Positions 12,710 to 25,840 are shown, counted from the stretch's first letter. The stretch: DNA of 52,787 nt from Octopus bimaculoides (GCF_001194135.2 NC_068981.1:149253042-149305828); one strand, 5' to 3'. Notes: generated from the letters alone by a model not told the origin. Made by a program: numbers and translations.

Positions 12710-13349
12710 GCCGTGCGCCGTTGCATTGTACATTGCCAGGGTAATCGCAATACTTTTGGTTATCGTTGAAGTACAACCCTTCTGGACACTGAAGCCTTTG
12801 TTCACCACTGTCGCCTTGACATTCGAAGTAATAGCTGCAATCTGATTGGTCAGCGCGTGCACAACTTCCACCACCTCCTTGCCAGTTGCCTCCTTGTCCT
12901 CCACCACCACCACCACCACCACTACCACCACCACCGCCTCCTTGACCATATCTTCCTCCACTACCTCCACCACCTCTTCCTCCGCTACCACCGCCACCAC
13001 CTTGTCCCCATCCTCCACTACCTCCGCCACCTCTTCCTCCGCTACCACCGCCGCCGCCACCACCTCTTCNNNNNNNNNNNNNNNNNNNNNNNNNNNNNNN
13101 NNNNNNNNNNNNNNNNNNNNNNNNNNNNNNNNNNNNNNNNNNNNNNNNNNNNNNNNNNNNNNNNNNNNNNNNNNNNNNNNNTTGCCAGTTGCCTCCTTGT
13201 CCTCCACCACCACCACCACCACCACTACCACCACCACCTCTTCCACCACTACTGCCGCCACCACCACCCTGACCATATCCACCACCACCACCTTGTCCGC
13301 CAGTATTTCCACCGCCTTGACCCCAGTTTCCTCCTTTATTTCCTCCTTT
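12710..13349 (-). CDS. Gly-rich chitin-binding protein exon B, phase 0-1, internal N gap 13070-13181: Gly/Ser/Arg/Gln block then ChtBD2 #1 (CARADQSDCSYYFECQGDSGEQRLQCPEGLYFNDNQKYCDYPGNVQC)
   Basis: Acceptor TTTTCCTTGCAG, donor GTAAGT. Six-Cys pattern C-x7-C-x5-C-x10-C-x12-C-x7-C with the CPxGLxF and CDY motifs of peritrophin-A/CBM14. Confidence 0.92.
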
Positions 13350-14436
13350 CTGCAAGGAAAAAGAAAAAAAAATCCAATTATTCGGTAAAACAAAGCTCAA
13401 TTAATAAAGATTAATATTAATTTCGAATATTAACAGTGACGTAATAACATCGTTGTTTAGCCACTGGTCAGTTCAAGGGGGAATTGTAATAGAAAACATT
13501 CCAAGTCACCTCTGCGTTTAGAACTGTATTTTCTTGCTTTAAGATGACAGGATGTGATTTGTAAGCATTTAGCTACTATTTCTAACGGAAATGTTTTCTC
13601 AAATTGATTAAAAAAATAATGTCGTTGATCCCATAAAAGAAAATGACCTTCTACTGACCAAAGAAATTAAACATTTATTGCTTACTTGTTAGTAATATTA
13701 AATGTCTAAGTATGATTTGGAAAAGCTAAGATTTTAAAACCAAAAAAGTACCCGGCTAAAACGCACTTTACAAATGCAACCTGTAAGTGGAATAGTAAAA
13801 ATATGCAAGACTTTTCTAAAGTTCAACATCTAACAGTTGTTGTTACTCCAATTTCAGCGATGGAGCTTTGTCTTCTTTCTACGAAAAATTCTAATAATTA
13901 AAAATACGACGAAAGGAACCATACGCATATTCACAAACATACGTATATATAGGCATGCATACATGCACATATATATACATACATGTACACAAACAAACGA
14001 ATGTACAAGCCTCATGTTTGTGCTACCGCCTCGACAGAAATTTTTCTGTTTTTGAAGTCAAGCCTAAAACTTCAGAATCACCATCAGTATGTAAATGTGA
14101 AAGTAGAGATATAGAAAACAAACTAGAATAAATAAATAAATAAATAAATAAATGAAGTTCTTTCCCCTCATTCTGTAACTCTTGGCAATCCGTGAGCACG
14201 ACCTGGTTTCGATTTTAACTTTAGCTGAAGTCATTTGACTTCAATAAACCGATTTATGGTCCTTAGGACAAAAGTACTAATTACTCGCCCCAAATCCTAC
14301 CCCGCCCTATTGAATAATAAACCGTTCTTTCTGTTCCTTTTAAAGAAACTATTAATTTATATAAAACCATCTGAACATCCTAAATATATGTATTGAAGAA
14401 TGTTGTAGATAAAATGCTTATTTTAATAGTATAGTC

Positions 14437-14619
14437 CAGTGGTTCCCAAGCTGGGGTCCGTGGACACCTGGTGGTCCGCAAAGGTAGTACTGTGGTGGGA
14501 TGGGGGTGGTCCGTGAACGTAATTCAGAATTTCACATATAAATATATACATAAGGATAAACATATTAAAAGGGGTCCGTGGACAAAACTCATTAAAAAAA
14601 AAAAGGTTCGGAACCACTG
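14437..14619. mobile_element. hAT MITE
   Basis: TIRs CAGTGGTTCC / GGAACCACTG; 8-bp TSD gtatagtc/gcatagtc. Confidence 0.88.
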
Positions 14620-14919
14620 GCATAGTCAGAGGGAAGAAAGTGTCCAACCGAGATTTGAGGCGGAAAGTGCAATGGAAGAAGAATCTATGATTCGTAAGAT
14701 ATCATCAAGCCTAGAGTGAATCTTTCCAGCAGAATGGAACCCTACAGGCTTAGTTTGAAGACTTTTGACCAAAGTGCCCGCAGAATGAGCTAACTGGATT
14801 CATGGGATTCGAAGCGAATTTTTCAACTAATTAGCCATTTCCAATATAAACACGAGACCGAAAAGGGATGATAATAGTCAAATATTATTTTATGGCTCGA
14901 ATATTACATATTTTAATAC

Positions 14920-17290
14920 AGTGGCGAGCTGGCAGAATCAGCACGCTGGGAAGAATGCTTCGCGGCATTTCACCCGTCCTTACGTTCTGAGTTCAGGTTC
15001 CGCCGAGGTCGACTTTACCGTTAATTCTTTCGGGATCAATAAAAGAAGTACCAGTTGACTACTGCGATCTGCGATCGCTGTAATCGACTTACTACACCTC
15101 CGAAATTACTGACCTTGTGCCAAAATTTAAAACCAATATCACATATTCAAATGCTTCCTGGAAGGATCAAAGTAAAGTCGACTTCGGTAAGGTTTGAAAT
15201 CAGAACGTACTATTATGTAACCAAATGCATTACGGTATTGCTGTCAGCGGCTCTGTCGGTTAAGCATACACTATCACCTATGTTATGAATAAAATAAATT
15301 GTGCATTTATACAAAATATTGCCTGATGAGAGTCTAAATGGATGCTTAAAAAATTAGGTCAAATTCTACTCTCTCTATGAAAGCTATACCCCAGCAGATC
15401 CTCAAATATGAAACGTAACCGAAGATGCCAGTTTACAATCTACAAATGAAGCTGACATACTTAACTAATAGAATTTTTGTTGGAAGGAAGTGAGTTCTTA
15501 AATAAGGATTTCTTTAAAAATGAGTCTCATTTATGAATTTTTTTAGACTGCAATGTTATTAATATAACTTTTCTTGTAAGGCGGTGAGCGGGCAGAAACG
15601 TTAGCACGCCGGGCGAAATGCTTAGCGGTATTTCGTCTGCCGCTACGTTCTGAGTTTAAATTCCGCCGAGGTCGACTTTGCCTTTCATCCTTTCGGGGTC
15701 GATTAAACAAGTACCAGTTACGCATTGGGGTCGATATAATCGACTTAATCCGTTTGTCTGTCTTTGCTTGTCCCTTCTGTGTGTAGCCCCTTGTGGTTAG
15801 TAGAGAAATAAGAAACGTTAGTACGCCGCGTGAAATGCTTAGCGGTATTTCGTCTGTCTTTATGTTCTGAGTTCAAATGCTGTGGTTAACTTTGCCTTTC
15901 ATCCTTTCGGGATTAAGTACCAGTTGCGCACCGGGGTCGATCTAATGTACATGCCCCCCTCCCCCAAAATTTCGGGCCTTGTGCCTAGAGTAGAAAAGAA
16001 TATTTGATGTGTAATAAAGTGCTCAGTTGTATATATTCAGAGGCATGGAAAAGTACTTTTATTATACATACTCAGAGCTACAAAATACTATGACAGGTTG
16101 GGCGTGTACAAATTTAGAAATTACTCTATTTATTGTATTTTCAGTTATTTTTATCGATGCGCATGCTTATGAAAATGGCGGCATTGCAGACAGCAATATT
16201 TTACACATATTTTTGCATTTATCTTTTAAATATCGACTTCTTACATAGGAAGTCAATACATGATCTTACATAGTACAACACATTCAAAGATGGGGCAGCC
16301 GATTTAATCCATCTCTCTCTCAGCAATGTAATTATTATTTTCTTTTATCAACTACAGATAGATGCAAAGCAAATTTGCAAGGAATGGAGGGAGGTGAATT
16401 CAGAACGTAAAGGGACGCAAGCAAATATCGCAAGATTTTAACTACTACTACTCTGGGTCTGACAATTCACTGTTTTAATAATATTTGTTGTAACATAAGT
16501 ATAATACCAGAAATTCGTGGAGAAAGAACAGTCGATTAAATCGGTCCTTGTATTTCACTGGTATTTTATTTTATCTACTCTGGAAGGATGAAAGATAAAG
16601 TGTACGTCGGCGGGGTTTGAACTCATAATGTAAAGAGTATTAACTAATAATTTCATCGATCTTAGTATTTCACAGGAAGTTTTTCTTTTTTAATGAAGGA
16701 TTAAAGGCAAAGTTAACCTTAGCAGGATTTGAACTTAGAACATAAAGAACCAGAACAAATGCCACAAAACCTTTTCTCCTACGCTTTAACGGTTCTGCCA
16801 ATCTAAGAAAATATTCTTTTCTAACAAGGTGAAAAATTTTTCGGTGACAGTCGATTATATCAACCTGTAGTATCTGAATTTATGTTATCGTCACCGGAAG
16901 GATGAAAGGTAAAGTAGATACAAGAGTAATTTGAACCCGGTAAGTGAAGTTACATAACTAAATACTGCAAACACTTCTGGGAGGCTATGCCAATCAACAC
17001 CATGATAATTCTTTCACATTTGGGCACAAGGCTGGTAGTTCTGTAGGGAGACGGCAAGTCGATTACATCGACCCCATTACTTGACTGATACTGCTTTTGT
17101 TTCAAATTGCAGTACAAGGCCAGCAAATTTTATGAGGATTGCTGCTCTAGTTTATCGACTCCGCAAGGATGACAGGCAAAGTTGACCGTGGTGGAATTTG
17201 AGCTCAGAACGTAATGAATTGGAAGAAATACCGTTAGGCATTTTGTCAGACACATTAACGATTATACCAGCTTTTAACCTCTTATTCCAA
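14920..17290. mobile_element. Cluster of SINE copies in both orientations; best copy 15578-16000 (+)
   Basis: Repeated core motifs at about 14920-15260, 15578-16000 and 16380-17290. Confidence 0.8.
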
Positions 17291-17544
17291 ATCATAATTA
17301 TGATATCAATAATAGTTTACATACAAGCTATTCTCATAGAAAAATAAAATTCTGAAATTAGCTTCAATAGGAACTGTAGAGTAGAAAATATTACCTAAAT
17401 ATCGACATCGTTCCCAAATTTGATGTTTGGTGTTTAGACAGATGCTAGATCAATAGCATTACAATTAAACATTGCTAATTAATTTCACACAATATATTAC
17501 AGTTATTTATTGAAATACACTGAGTCTTCGAAGAGAGAGAGAGA

Positions 17545-17609
<65 letters not shown>

Positions 17610-17725
17610 TCACGTTCGTTCCTTTCCCGATTCGTTACCTGAATGGAAGAAATATTAGGAAAAAACAAAAACAAAGTTCTTAATGCTTATATACGCATCA
17701 TTCAGAAGAAACTTTCTATACATAC

Positions 17726-17811
17726 CTGTCCGCCTGACCAATTATTGCCACCACCATTGTTGTTGTTGTTAGATCCTCCTTTTCCACCACCGCCAGGATT
17801 GAGTCCGTACA
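17726..17811 (-). CDS. Gly-rich chitin-binding protein exon A, 86 nt, phase 1-0: (V)YGLNPGGGGKGGSNNNNNGGGNNWSGGQ
   Basis: Acceptor TGTTTCTAG, donor CAG|GTATGT. The phase-0 end fits exon B, and the Gly/Asn/Trp vocabulary matches the other exons. Confidence 0.8.
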
Positions 17812-17958
17812 CTAGAAACATTATACATTATATATATATACATACATATACAACACAGACATATAAATATACATACATACATACATAAATACATACGTAC
17901 ATAAATACATACATATGCATATATGTATACATATACACACATATATATATGTATATAT

Positions 17959-17997
<39 letters not shown>

Positions 17998-18412
17998 TAT
18001 GCATATATCTGTGTGCGTATAAATTCAATAAATGAATGACAAAAAACATGTTACTTGACCACTCATTAACTTTCGGCTGTTTCTGCTATAAGAAGCAGTG
18101 TACGCAGGGCCGAGTGCTTGTGCAGTATCCTATAGCTCCCTCGGAGCCGACCCTATACTCTAAAGCAAAAGCTGATTGAGTTCTTGGTTACTGATATAGC
18201 CAATCTGAAGCAAAATCATTACATATATATATATATATATATATACTTCGTTTTTGTATCTAGTTTGCAAGATTCTTTACGTGATTTCATGTGTTGAAAC
18301 ACATTTTGCGTTAATAATATTGGCATAATGACTCTCCCTAGACACAACAAAATATACATACGTACACACACAAACACACATACACATACACCCCTTCCCC
18401 ACTCAATAAATA

Positions 18413-19586
18413 TTGGCAAGAAAGTAATTTCACTTTTCGTTAATAGATAGATTTACGATATTTTTGAATGACTTTTGTGAATGTTATGATTTTTTCCTTT
18501 TGACATTTGACAACCGTTATTTTTAGCTTACTTTAGAAGCAAATTGCACGTAATTTACAACTGTTAGTTCAGTGTGAATTTTAACATGGAGTGCAAAAAC
18601 GAACATTTTCGCCAATATTTTGCTCTTTTATTTCCGTAAAGGCAAGAAAGTTGCTGAGGCTCACAAAGAGATATGTAAAATTTATGGTGTTGATTGCTTA
18701 ACAGAACGCACTTGTTAAAAAATGGTTTAATACATTCCGTTCTGGAAATTCTCACTCAAAGATGACCAATGTTCTGGTCGACCTACTGAAGTTGATGATG
18801 ACCGAATCAAAGCTATAACTGGAACTGATTGTCATATAACTGTGCGAGAGATTGCAGAAAGGTTAAATGTATCACACACAATACTTGAAAATCACTTTTA
18901 AAATGTCTTGGACTCGTTAAGAAGCTCGATATTTGGGCTCCACATAAATTGAAAGAGATTCACTTAAAACAGCGAACCAATATTTGTGATATGCATGTCA
19001 AACACATGGTCCAGGCGTAATGAACCAGCACAAATCACATCGAAAGCTGAATTGCATCAAAAAAAGGTCATGCTGTCAATTTGGTGGGATTACAAAGATA
19101 TATATTTTGCGTTGCTTCCAATTCAGATGTTTACTGTCAACAACAAATGAAACTTGGAGGAAGCAATCAAGGAAAAACGGCCAGGATTGGCAAATGGTAA
19201 AAGAATCGTGTTCTACCATACCAACGCTAGACCACACACCTCTTTGCTAACTTGTAAAACATTACTGGAGCTTGGTTGGGAAGTTACGTCACATCCACCA
19301 TATAGTCCTGACCTTGCATCATCAGATTACCATTTATTTCGAAGTTGGCAAAATTCATTGAATAGTAAAATTCAATACTGATGATGACCTGAAATCGCAC
19401 TTGCTTCAGTTTTTGGCTGAAAAGGACCAGAAGTTCTATGAGCGCAGAATCATGAAATTGCTAGAAAGATGGCAAAAGGTCATCGAATAAAATAGAAAAT
19501 ATATGATTGATTAAAGTTCATTCTTTGTATGAAAAATATAATGACTTTTATTTCACACTACCGAAACTACTTTCTTGCCAACCCAA
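18413..19586 (+). mobile_element. Decayed mariner transposon, mellifera-like, with TIRs; transposase pseudogene 18586-19514
   Basis: TIRs TTGGCAAGAAAGTAATTTC and GAAACTACTTTCTTGCCAACCCAA flanked by TA. MECKNEHFR, SGRP.EVDDD, WAPHKL, NARPH, HPPYSPDLASSDYHLF. Frameshifts, stops and a deletion over the first catalytic Asp region. Confidence 0.93.
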
Positions 19587-19768
19587 TATATATATAATGA
19601 GGCCGCATAGTTTAATGGTCAGGGTGATGCATTCACCATCTAGCTATCGTAATTTCAATTCCTAGGCCGAGTGGTGCGTCGTGTTCTTCAACAAAACACT
19701 TGTTTCGAAATTGCTGCAGAAAGTGATTTATGTTCGTGGTGGTGAGTTTTTCTTTGGCNNNNNNNNNN

Positions 19769-19829
19769 GGGGCTAGGAATGTGGCATGGGTATCAAGGGG
19801 CGGTAACCAATAAGTTTTGGGAACCACTG
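19769..19829. mobile_element. One end of a hAT MITE; the rest is lost in a gap
   Basis: GGGAACCACTG followed by GTCTAAAC, the same terminus and target type as the other MITEs. Confidence 0.6.
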
Positions 19830-20439
19830 GTCTAAACCTATTAACTCAGTATATTTAGATTGCAATGCCTGCTTTATTTCACAATTATAAGTGGCACAAG
19901 TGCGATAAACTTGAGTTTAATTGAAAGAATCTGCTTTCTTGTTACTCCGTTCTTAATTGGTACTAAACACAATTTTATGTACATTAGTTAATCATTTTTC
20001 TTCATGCATCATTTCTTCCTCTCCAAACACCGAAATTAAAATTCTCAAAGTATCTTTGTTCTTAATGACTTCATAAACACGGTGTTTTCATAAATGTGAG
20101 ATGTCATGTTCCTTTCCCTCGTGCTCTTTAGACCGGTTACAATCTGTTCTGGTTCTTCCAAAACATGCTAAAGATATTTGAGGTTTATTTTTCTTTTTTT
20201 ACATTTTGACCCATTGTAGATTTTTCTTTCCTCGCCCCCCAGTTACACTGATATACTAATAATGAAATAATAAAATCACTATGATTAATCTTTTGCCTGC
20301 ATACAAATAGACTATTACAATTTAACAAGTATTCAGAGTAAATGGGATATTCAGGCAATAAATATAAAAATATATAATCTAAGTCGATGTCACAATGTCA
20401 GCTAAGAGAAATACTGATTTATAACATTGGCACAATGTC

Positions 20440-20830
20440 ACAAATGGTGGCTACGGATAATAAATAGTTAGATAAATCAACACTTAGCCTTCCACCACTA
20501 CTTCATTTATCGACCCCAGAAAGATGAAAGGTAAAATTAACTGTAGCGAATTTTGAACCTAGAACATAAAAAGCGACAAAAAACACAAGCAACTATTTGT
20601 CCACCACTTCCACGATTCTGTCTAAATCCGATCCAAATTAAAGGAAATACTATTCAGTCTATTTAGCGATTTTAATAAAAATAATTGGGTAATACTATCT
20701 TATTGACCCAGTGAGGATGAATTTAAAGTCGCCTTCGGTGGGATTTGAACTCAGAACATACATATCGGCAATTACATAACGCAGAAAGATATCTAGAATC
20801 GGATTCTGCTATCTACCACCTTTATTCATT
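20440..20830 (-). mobile_element. Degenerate SINE copies
   Basis: TTTATCGACCCC..AAGATGAAAGG and GGATTTGAACTCAGAAC motifs. Confidence 0.65.
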
Positions 20831-21221
20831 TATAATAACGAATAAATATATTGTATTATATCTTAAACCAAATATTATCAGCTCTTGAGTCCATTTTTCC
20901 ATGGCATTTATATTTCTATCAAATGAAGACATCACATACATACTGTTGCTGTACACAAATCTATATTTTGTTTCGGTAAATCACTAAATATCAAACATTA
21001 AACACTAAACAATGATAATGATTTGGGTAAAATTTGTGGAGAGGCAGAAAAAGGCCTTGCTGTATTAAGTTATGTCCCTTTAGCTAGCATTGAACCATCT
21101 ACAAAAAAAGATACTTGTTAAACATAATTAATCTCAGCTTTCAGTGTATTAATTTATCTGTAAATTTAAGTTGCTTCGTTTTTGTGCCTTTTCACGATCA
21201 TAAATTTTTGATTTATTCAAG

Positions 21222-21264
<43 letters not shown>

Positions 21265-21882
21265 NNNNNNNNNNNNNNNNNNNNNNNNNNNNNNNNNNNN
21301 NNNNNNNNNNNNNNNNNNNNNNNNNNNNNNNNNNNNNNNNNNNNNNNNNNNNNNNNNNNNNNNNNNNNNNNNNNNNNNNNNNNNNNNNNNNNNNNNNNNN
21401 NNNNNNNNNNNNNNNNNNNNNNNNNNNNNNNNNNNNNNNNNNNNNNNNNNNNNNNNNNNNNNNNNNNNNNNNNNNNNNNNNNNNNNNNNNNNNNNNNNNN
21501 NNNNNNNNNNNNNNNNNNNNNNNNNNNNNNNNNNNNNNNNNNNNNNNNNNNNNNNNNNNNNNNNNNNNNNNNNNNNNNNNNNNNNNNNNNNNNNNNNNNN
21601 NNNNNNNNNNNNNNNNNNNNNNNNNNNNNNNNNNNNNNNNNNNNNNNNNNNNNNNNNNNNNNNNNNNNNNNNNNNNNNNNNNNNNNNNNNNNNNNNNNNN
21701 NNNNNNNNNNNNNNNNNNNNNNNNNNNNNNNNNNNNNNNNNNNNNNNNNNNNNNNNNNNNNNNNNNNNNNNNNNNNNNNNNNNNNNNNNNNNNNNNNNNN
21801 NNNNNNNNNNNNNNNNNNNNNNNNNNNNNNNNNNNNNNNNNNNNNNNNNNNNNNNGATGTAAAAACGAATGACGAATGAATG

Positions 21883-21918
<36 letters not shown>

Positions 21919-23668
21919 CGCCAGTGTATACATTTGAAGGATATGAACATGAATAAAATAACGAAAATACAAGACGTTTATGAACAGTATCCATTGGAAT
22001 ATTTGTTCTGCAACGTGTTATAATCATTCTCTTATTTCTCTCTCTGTCTCTCTGTCTCTCTGACTCTCTGTCTCTGTCTCTCTCTCTTAAAGGATGTAGA
22101 AAGCTTGTGGATAATTCATTGGAAATTCAACAATTCCGATACAAAATAAATAATTTTATGAAATAGTCTACAAAATTACCAAGTTTGGGGGTCAATGACT
22201 GCATTGCTAAATATGCAAACTAAAGCATATAACCAATCATAAAATCTGCAAGGGATTATAAATCCCTTCGCTTTGATGATTTCTGTTGAAATATATAACC
22301 AGTTACACATATTTAACGAGAAACATACGAGTATGCTATTTCTTTATGTATGGAACCGTTACACATATTTGACCGTTAGCAGTTTCCAGCAACTATGGGA
22401 ATAATTGATTAATATAGTACACGCATTACCAACGAAACATTAACCAATTTCCTTGGTGACACGTTTCATTTGATGTTGACGTCAAAAATTAATTTTCAAT
22501 TTCCATTCCGCAAGCTATGCACACTTATACATTCAAATACTTGTATACATACATACTGCTAAGTCTATATATGTATGTAGGTTTCTTTTTATTATATATG
22601 CGCATACACATGAACGCACGCGCGCACAAACATGCACACGCATACACATGCACTCGCATATATGTATGTATGTAAGTACCTATATGTACGTATATGTATA
22701 CATATATATTTATATTGTTTATTTTATTTTACGTAAAGTTGCTCAATAATACTTTTATTAGAAGTGCATAGATTTTACTATATGTATATANNNNNNNNNN
22801 NNNNNNNNNNNNNNNNNNNNNNNNNNNNNNNNNNNNNNNNNNNNNNNNNNNNNNNNNNNNNNNNNNNNNNNNNNNNNNNNNNNNNNNNNNNNNNNNNNNN
22901 NNNNNNNNNNNNNNNNNNNNNNNNNNNNNNNNNNNNNNNNNNNNNNNNNNNNNNNNNNNNNNNNNNNNNNNNNNNNNNNNNNNNNNNNNNNNNNNNNNNN
23001 NNNNNNNNNNNNNNNNNNNNNNNNNNNNNNNNNNNNNNNNNNNNNNNNNNNNNNNNNNNNNNNNNNNNNNNNNNNNNNNNNNNNNNNNNNNNNNNNNNNN
23101 NNNNNNNNNNNNNNNNNNNNNNNNNNNNNNNNNNNNNNNNNNNNNNNNNNNNNNNNNNNNNNNNNNNNNNNNNNNNNNNNNNNNNNNNNNNNNNNNNNNN
23201 NNNNNNNNNNNNNNNNNNNNNNNNNNNNNNNNNNNNNNNNNNNNNNNNNNNNNNNNNNNNNNNNNNNNNNNNNNNNNNNNNNNNNNNNNNNNNNNNNNNN
23301 NNNNNNNNNNNNNNNNNNNNNNNNNNNNNNNNNNNNNNNNNNNNNNNNNNNNNNNNNNNNNNNNNNNNNNNNNNNNNNNNNNNNNNNNNNNNNNNNNNNN
23401 NNNNNNNNNNNNNNNNNNNNNNNNNNNNNNNNNNNNNNNNNNNNNNNNNNNNNNNNNNNNNNNNNNNNNNNNNNNNNNNNNNNNNNNNNNNNNNNNNNNN
23501 NNNNNNNNNNNNNNNNNNNNNNNNNNNNNNNNNNNNNNNNNNNNNNNNNNNNNNNNNNNNNNNNNNNNNNNNNNNNNNNNNNNNNNNNNNNNNNNNNNNN
23601 NNNNNNNNNNNNNNNNNNNNNNNNNNNNNNNNNNNNNNNNNNNNNNNNNNNNNNNNNNNNNNNNNNNN

Positions 23669-23709
<41 letters not shown>

Positions 23710-24773
23710 TAAATATATATATATGCATACATTCACATACATACACCCACACATACACACGCACGCACGCACACACACACACACATATATCGTGTGTATG
23801 TGCGTATGCGGGGGGGTGCGTGCGCGCGCGCGTAATGACTCGGATTATTAATCAGGGAGTCGAAAGAAATGAAGTTCTGAGGTCGGAAGGTTCTTACGTT
23901 ATTTAGAATTCAATGCTTTTCATTACGTACCAGAAAGGTTTTTTTTTTTTTTTTTAAATCTTCCTAAGAAAAAATTGAAGCATTTGATAACAGGTTGAGA
24001 ATGATTCAACACATATTGATGGCATTACAAGTGGCCTATAAAGAGATGATGAAGCTTCAAATTTCAAATACCCCAATCTGAGTACGTCTGACACTTACAA
24101 ACAAACAAAAAAAAAAATCAAATCAAAAATATTAAACAAATTTCGAGAAGTTTAATAGTTAATGCGTGACTTATAAAAGTGAAAAAGGATCGGCATTGCA
24201 CTCAACAACAAACCCAACTTTGGACCATTACTTATAGTAGAATAGCTTTTCTAAGCATAAGTACCTTATCATCACATGTAACCATATTTAGCAAGTGTTG
24301 TGGGATATTTTCATTCAGTTATTACTATGAAAATAAAATTAAGTACTGACTAGAAATAATTAATGAAGGTGCTAAATACACACGATTACTCTGTTATATT
24401 GTAATAGAACTGGAGATTTATCATCTTTGTACAAACTAGTAGAGCACGAAATTTATGTTCTTTCTTAAAAAGAAGAATTTTACGAGCGGCCACACACTAT
24501 GCTGTTTGACAACTCGATGAGGAACGCGTGTTATCAAGAATAACAATACATACTGAGTAAAGACTAAGATCTAACTAAACTGACATACATCTAAAAGAGA
24601 ATGTAGCTGTTCTCGGAAAGGGAAAGTTGTTGCGTACTGCATAGCATATGCTGACAAGATCAACAAAGAAATTGATAGATCATGCATGCAACTATCGTCT
24701 TTACCAACGCAAACTCATTCTATTACATTCCCTTCAGATTTAACTAAGCGCACAAGAAATGCATTCGGAGATC

Positions 24774-24825
<52 letters not shown>

Positions 24826-25665
24826 NNNNNNNNNNNNNNNNNNNNNNNNNNNNNNNNNNNNNNNNNNNNNNNNNNNNNNNNNNNNNNNNNNNNNNNNNNN
24901 NNNNNNNNNNNNNNNNNNNNNNNNNNNNNNNNNNNNNNNNNNNNNNNNNNNNNNNNNNNNNNNNNNNNNNNNNNNNNNNNNNNNNNNNNNNNNNNNNNNN
25001 NNNNNNNNNNNNNNNNNNNNNNNNNNNNNNNNNNNNNNNNNNNNNNNNNNNNNNNNNNNNNNNNNNNNNNNNNNNNNNNNNNNNNNNNNNNNNNNNNNNN
25101 NNNNNNNNNNNNNNNNNNNNNNNNNNNNNNNNNNNNNNNNNNNNNNNNNNNNNNNNNNNNNNNNNNNNNNNNNNNNNNNNNNNNNNNNNNNNNNNNNNNN
25201 NNNNNNNNNNNNNNNNNNNNNNNNNNNNNNNNNNNNNNNNNNNNNNNNNNNNNNNNNNNNNNNNNNNNNNNNNNNNNNNNNNNNNNNNNNNNNNNNNNNN
25301 NNNNNNNNNNNNNNNNNNNNNNNNNNNNNNNNNNNNNNNNNNNNNNNNNNNNNNNNNNNNNNNNNNNNNNNNNNNNNNNNNNNNNNNNNNNNNNNNNNNN
25401 NNNNNNNNNNNNNNNNNNNNNNNNNNNNNNNNNNNNNNNNNNNNNNNNNNNNNNNNNNNNNNNNNNNNNNNNNNNNNNNNNNNNNNNNNNNNNNNNNNNN
25501 NNNNNNNNNNNNNNNNNNNNNNNNNNNNNNNNNNNNNNNNNNNNNNNNNNNNNNNNNNNNNNNNNNNNNNNNNNNNNNNNNNNNNNNNNNNNNNNNNNNN
25601 NNNNNNNNNNNNNNNNNNNNNNNNNNNNNNNNNNNNNNNNNNNNNNNNNNNNNNNNNNNNNNNNN
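21265..25665. other. Three large assembly gaps (21265-21855, 22791-23668, 24826-25665) bounded by microsatellites
   Basis: N runs. Confidence 0.99.
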
Positions 25666-25737
25666 ATAACGCAAAAGAGGAATCTCAAACTGAACTAAAT
25701 TGATATTTAGGAATAGGTCAAGGTACTCTGACCTTTG

Positions 25738-25769
<32 letters not shown>

Positions 25770-25777
25770 TATAATAC

Positions 25778-25840
<63 letters not shown>

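Noticed and set aside
9333-13414. Plus-strand His-rich, Ser/Thr-rich and Leu-rich ORFs, and minus-strand Val/Glu-rich ORFs
   Set aside because: They are shadow frames of GGN Gly codons. Only the Gly frame carries the Cys domains and fits the splice phases.
19600-19715. tRNA-like sequences here, at about 35100 and at about 47887
   Set aside because: No complete cloverleaf, and they continue into SINE bodies.
24589-24687. Signal-peptide-like MHDLSISLLILSAYAMQ on the minus strand as exon 1 of the chitin-binding gene
   Set aside because: Available donors give phase 0 or 2, whereas exon A needs phase 1.
21115-25703. Long ORFs of 250-350 aa, similarly near 29200, 34400, 46300 and 50400
   Set aside because: They consist of N gaps and dinucleotide repeats.
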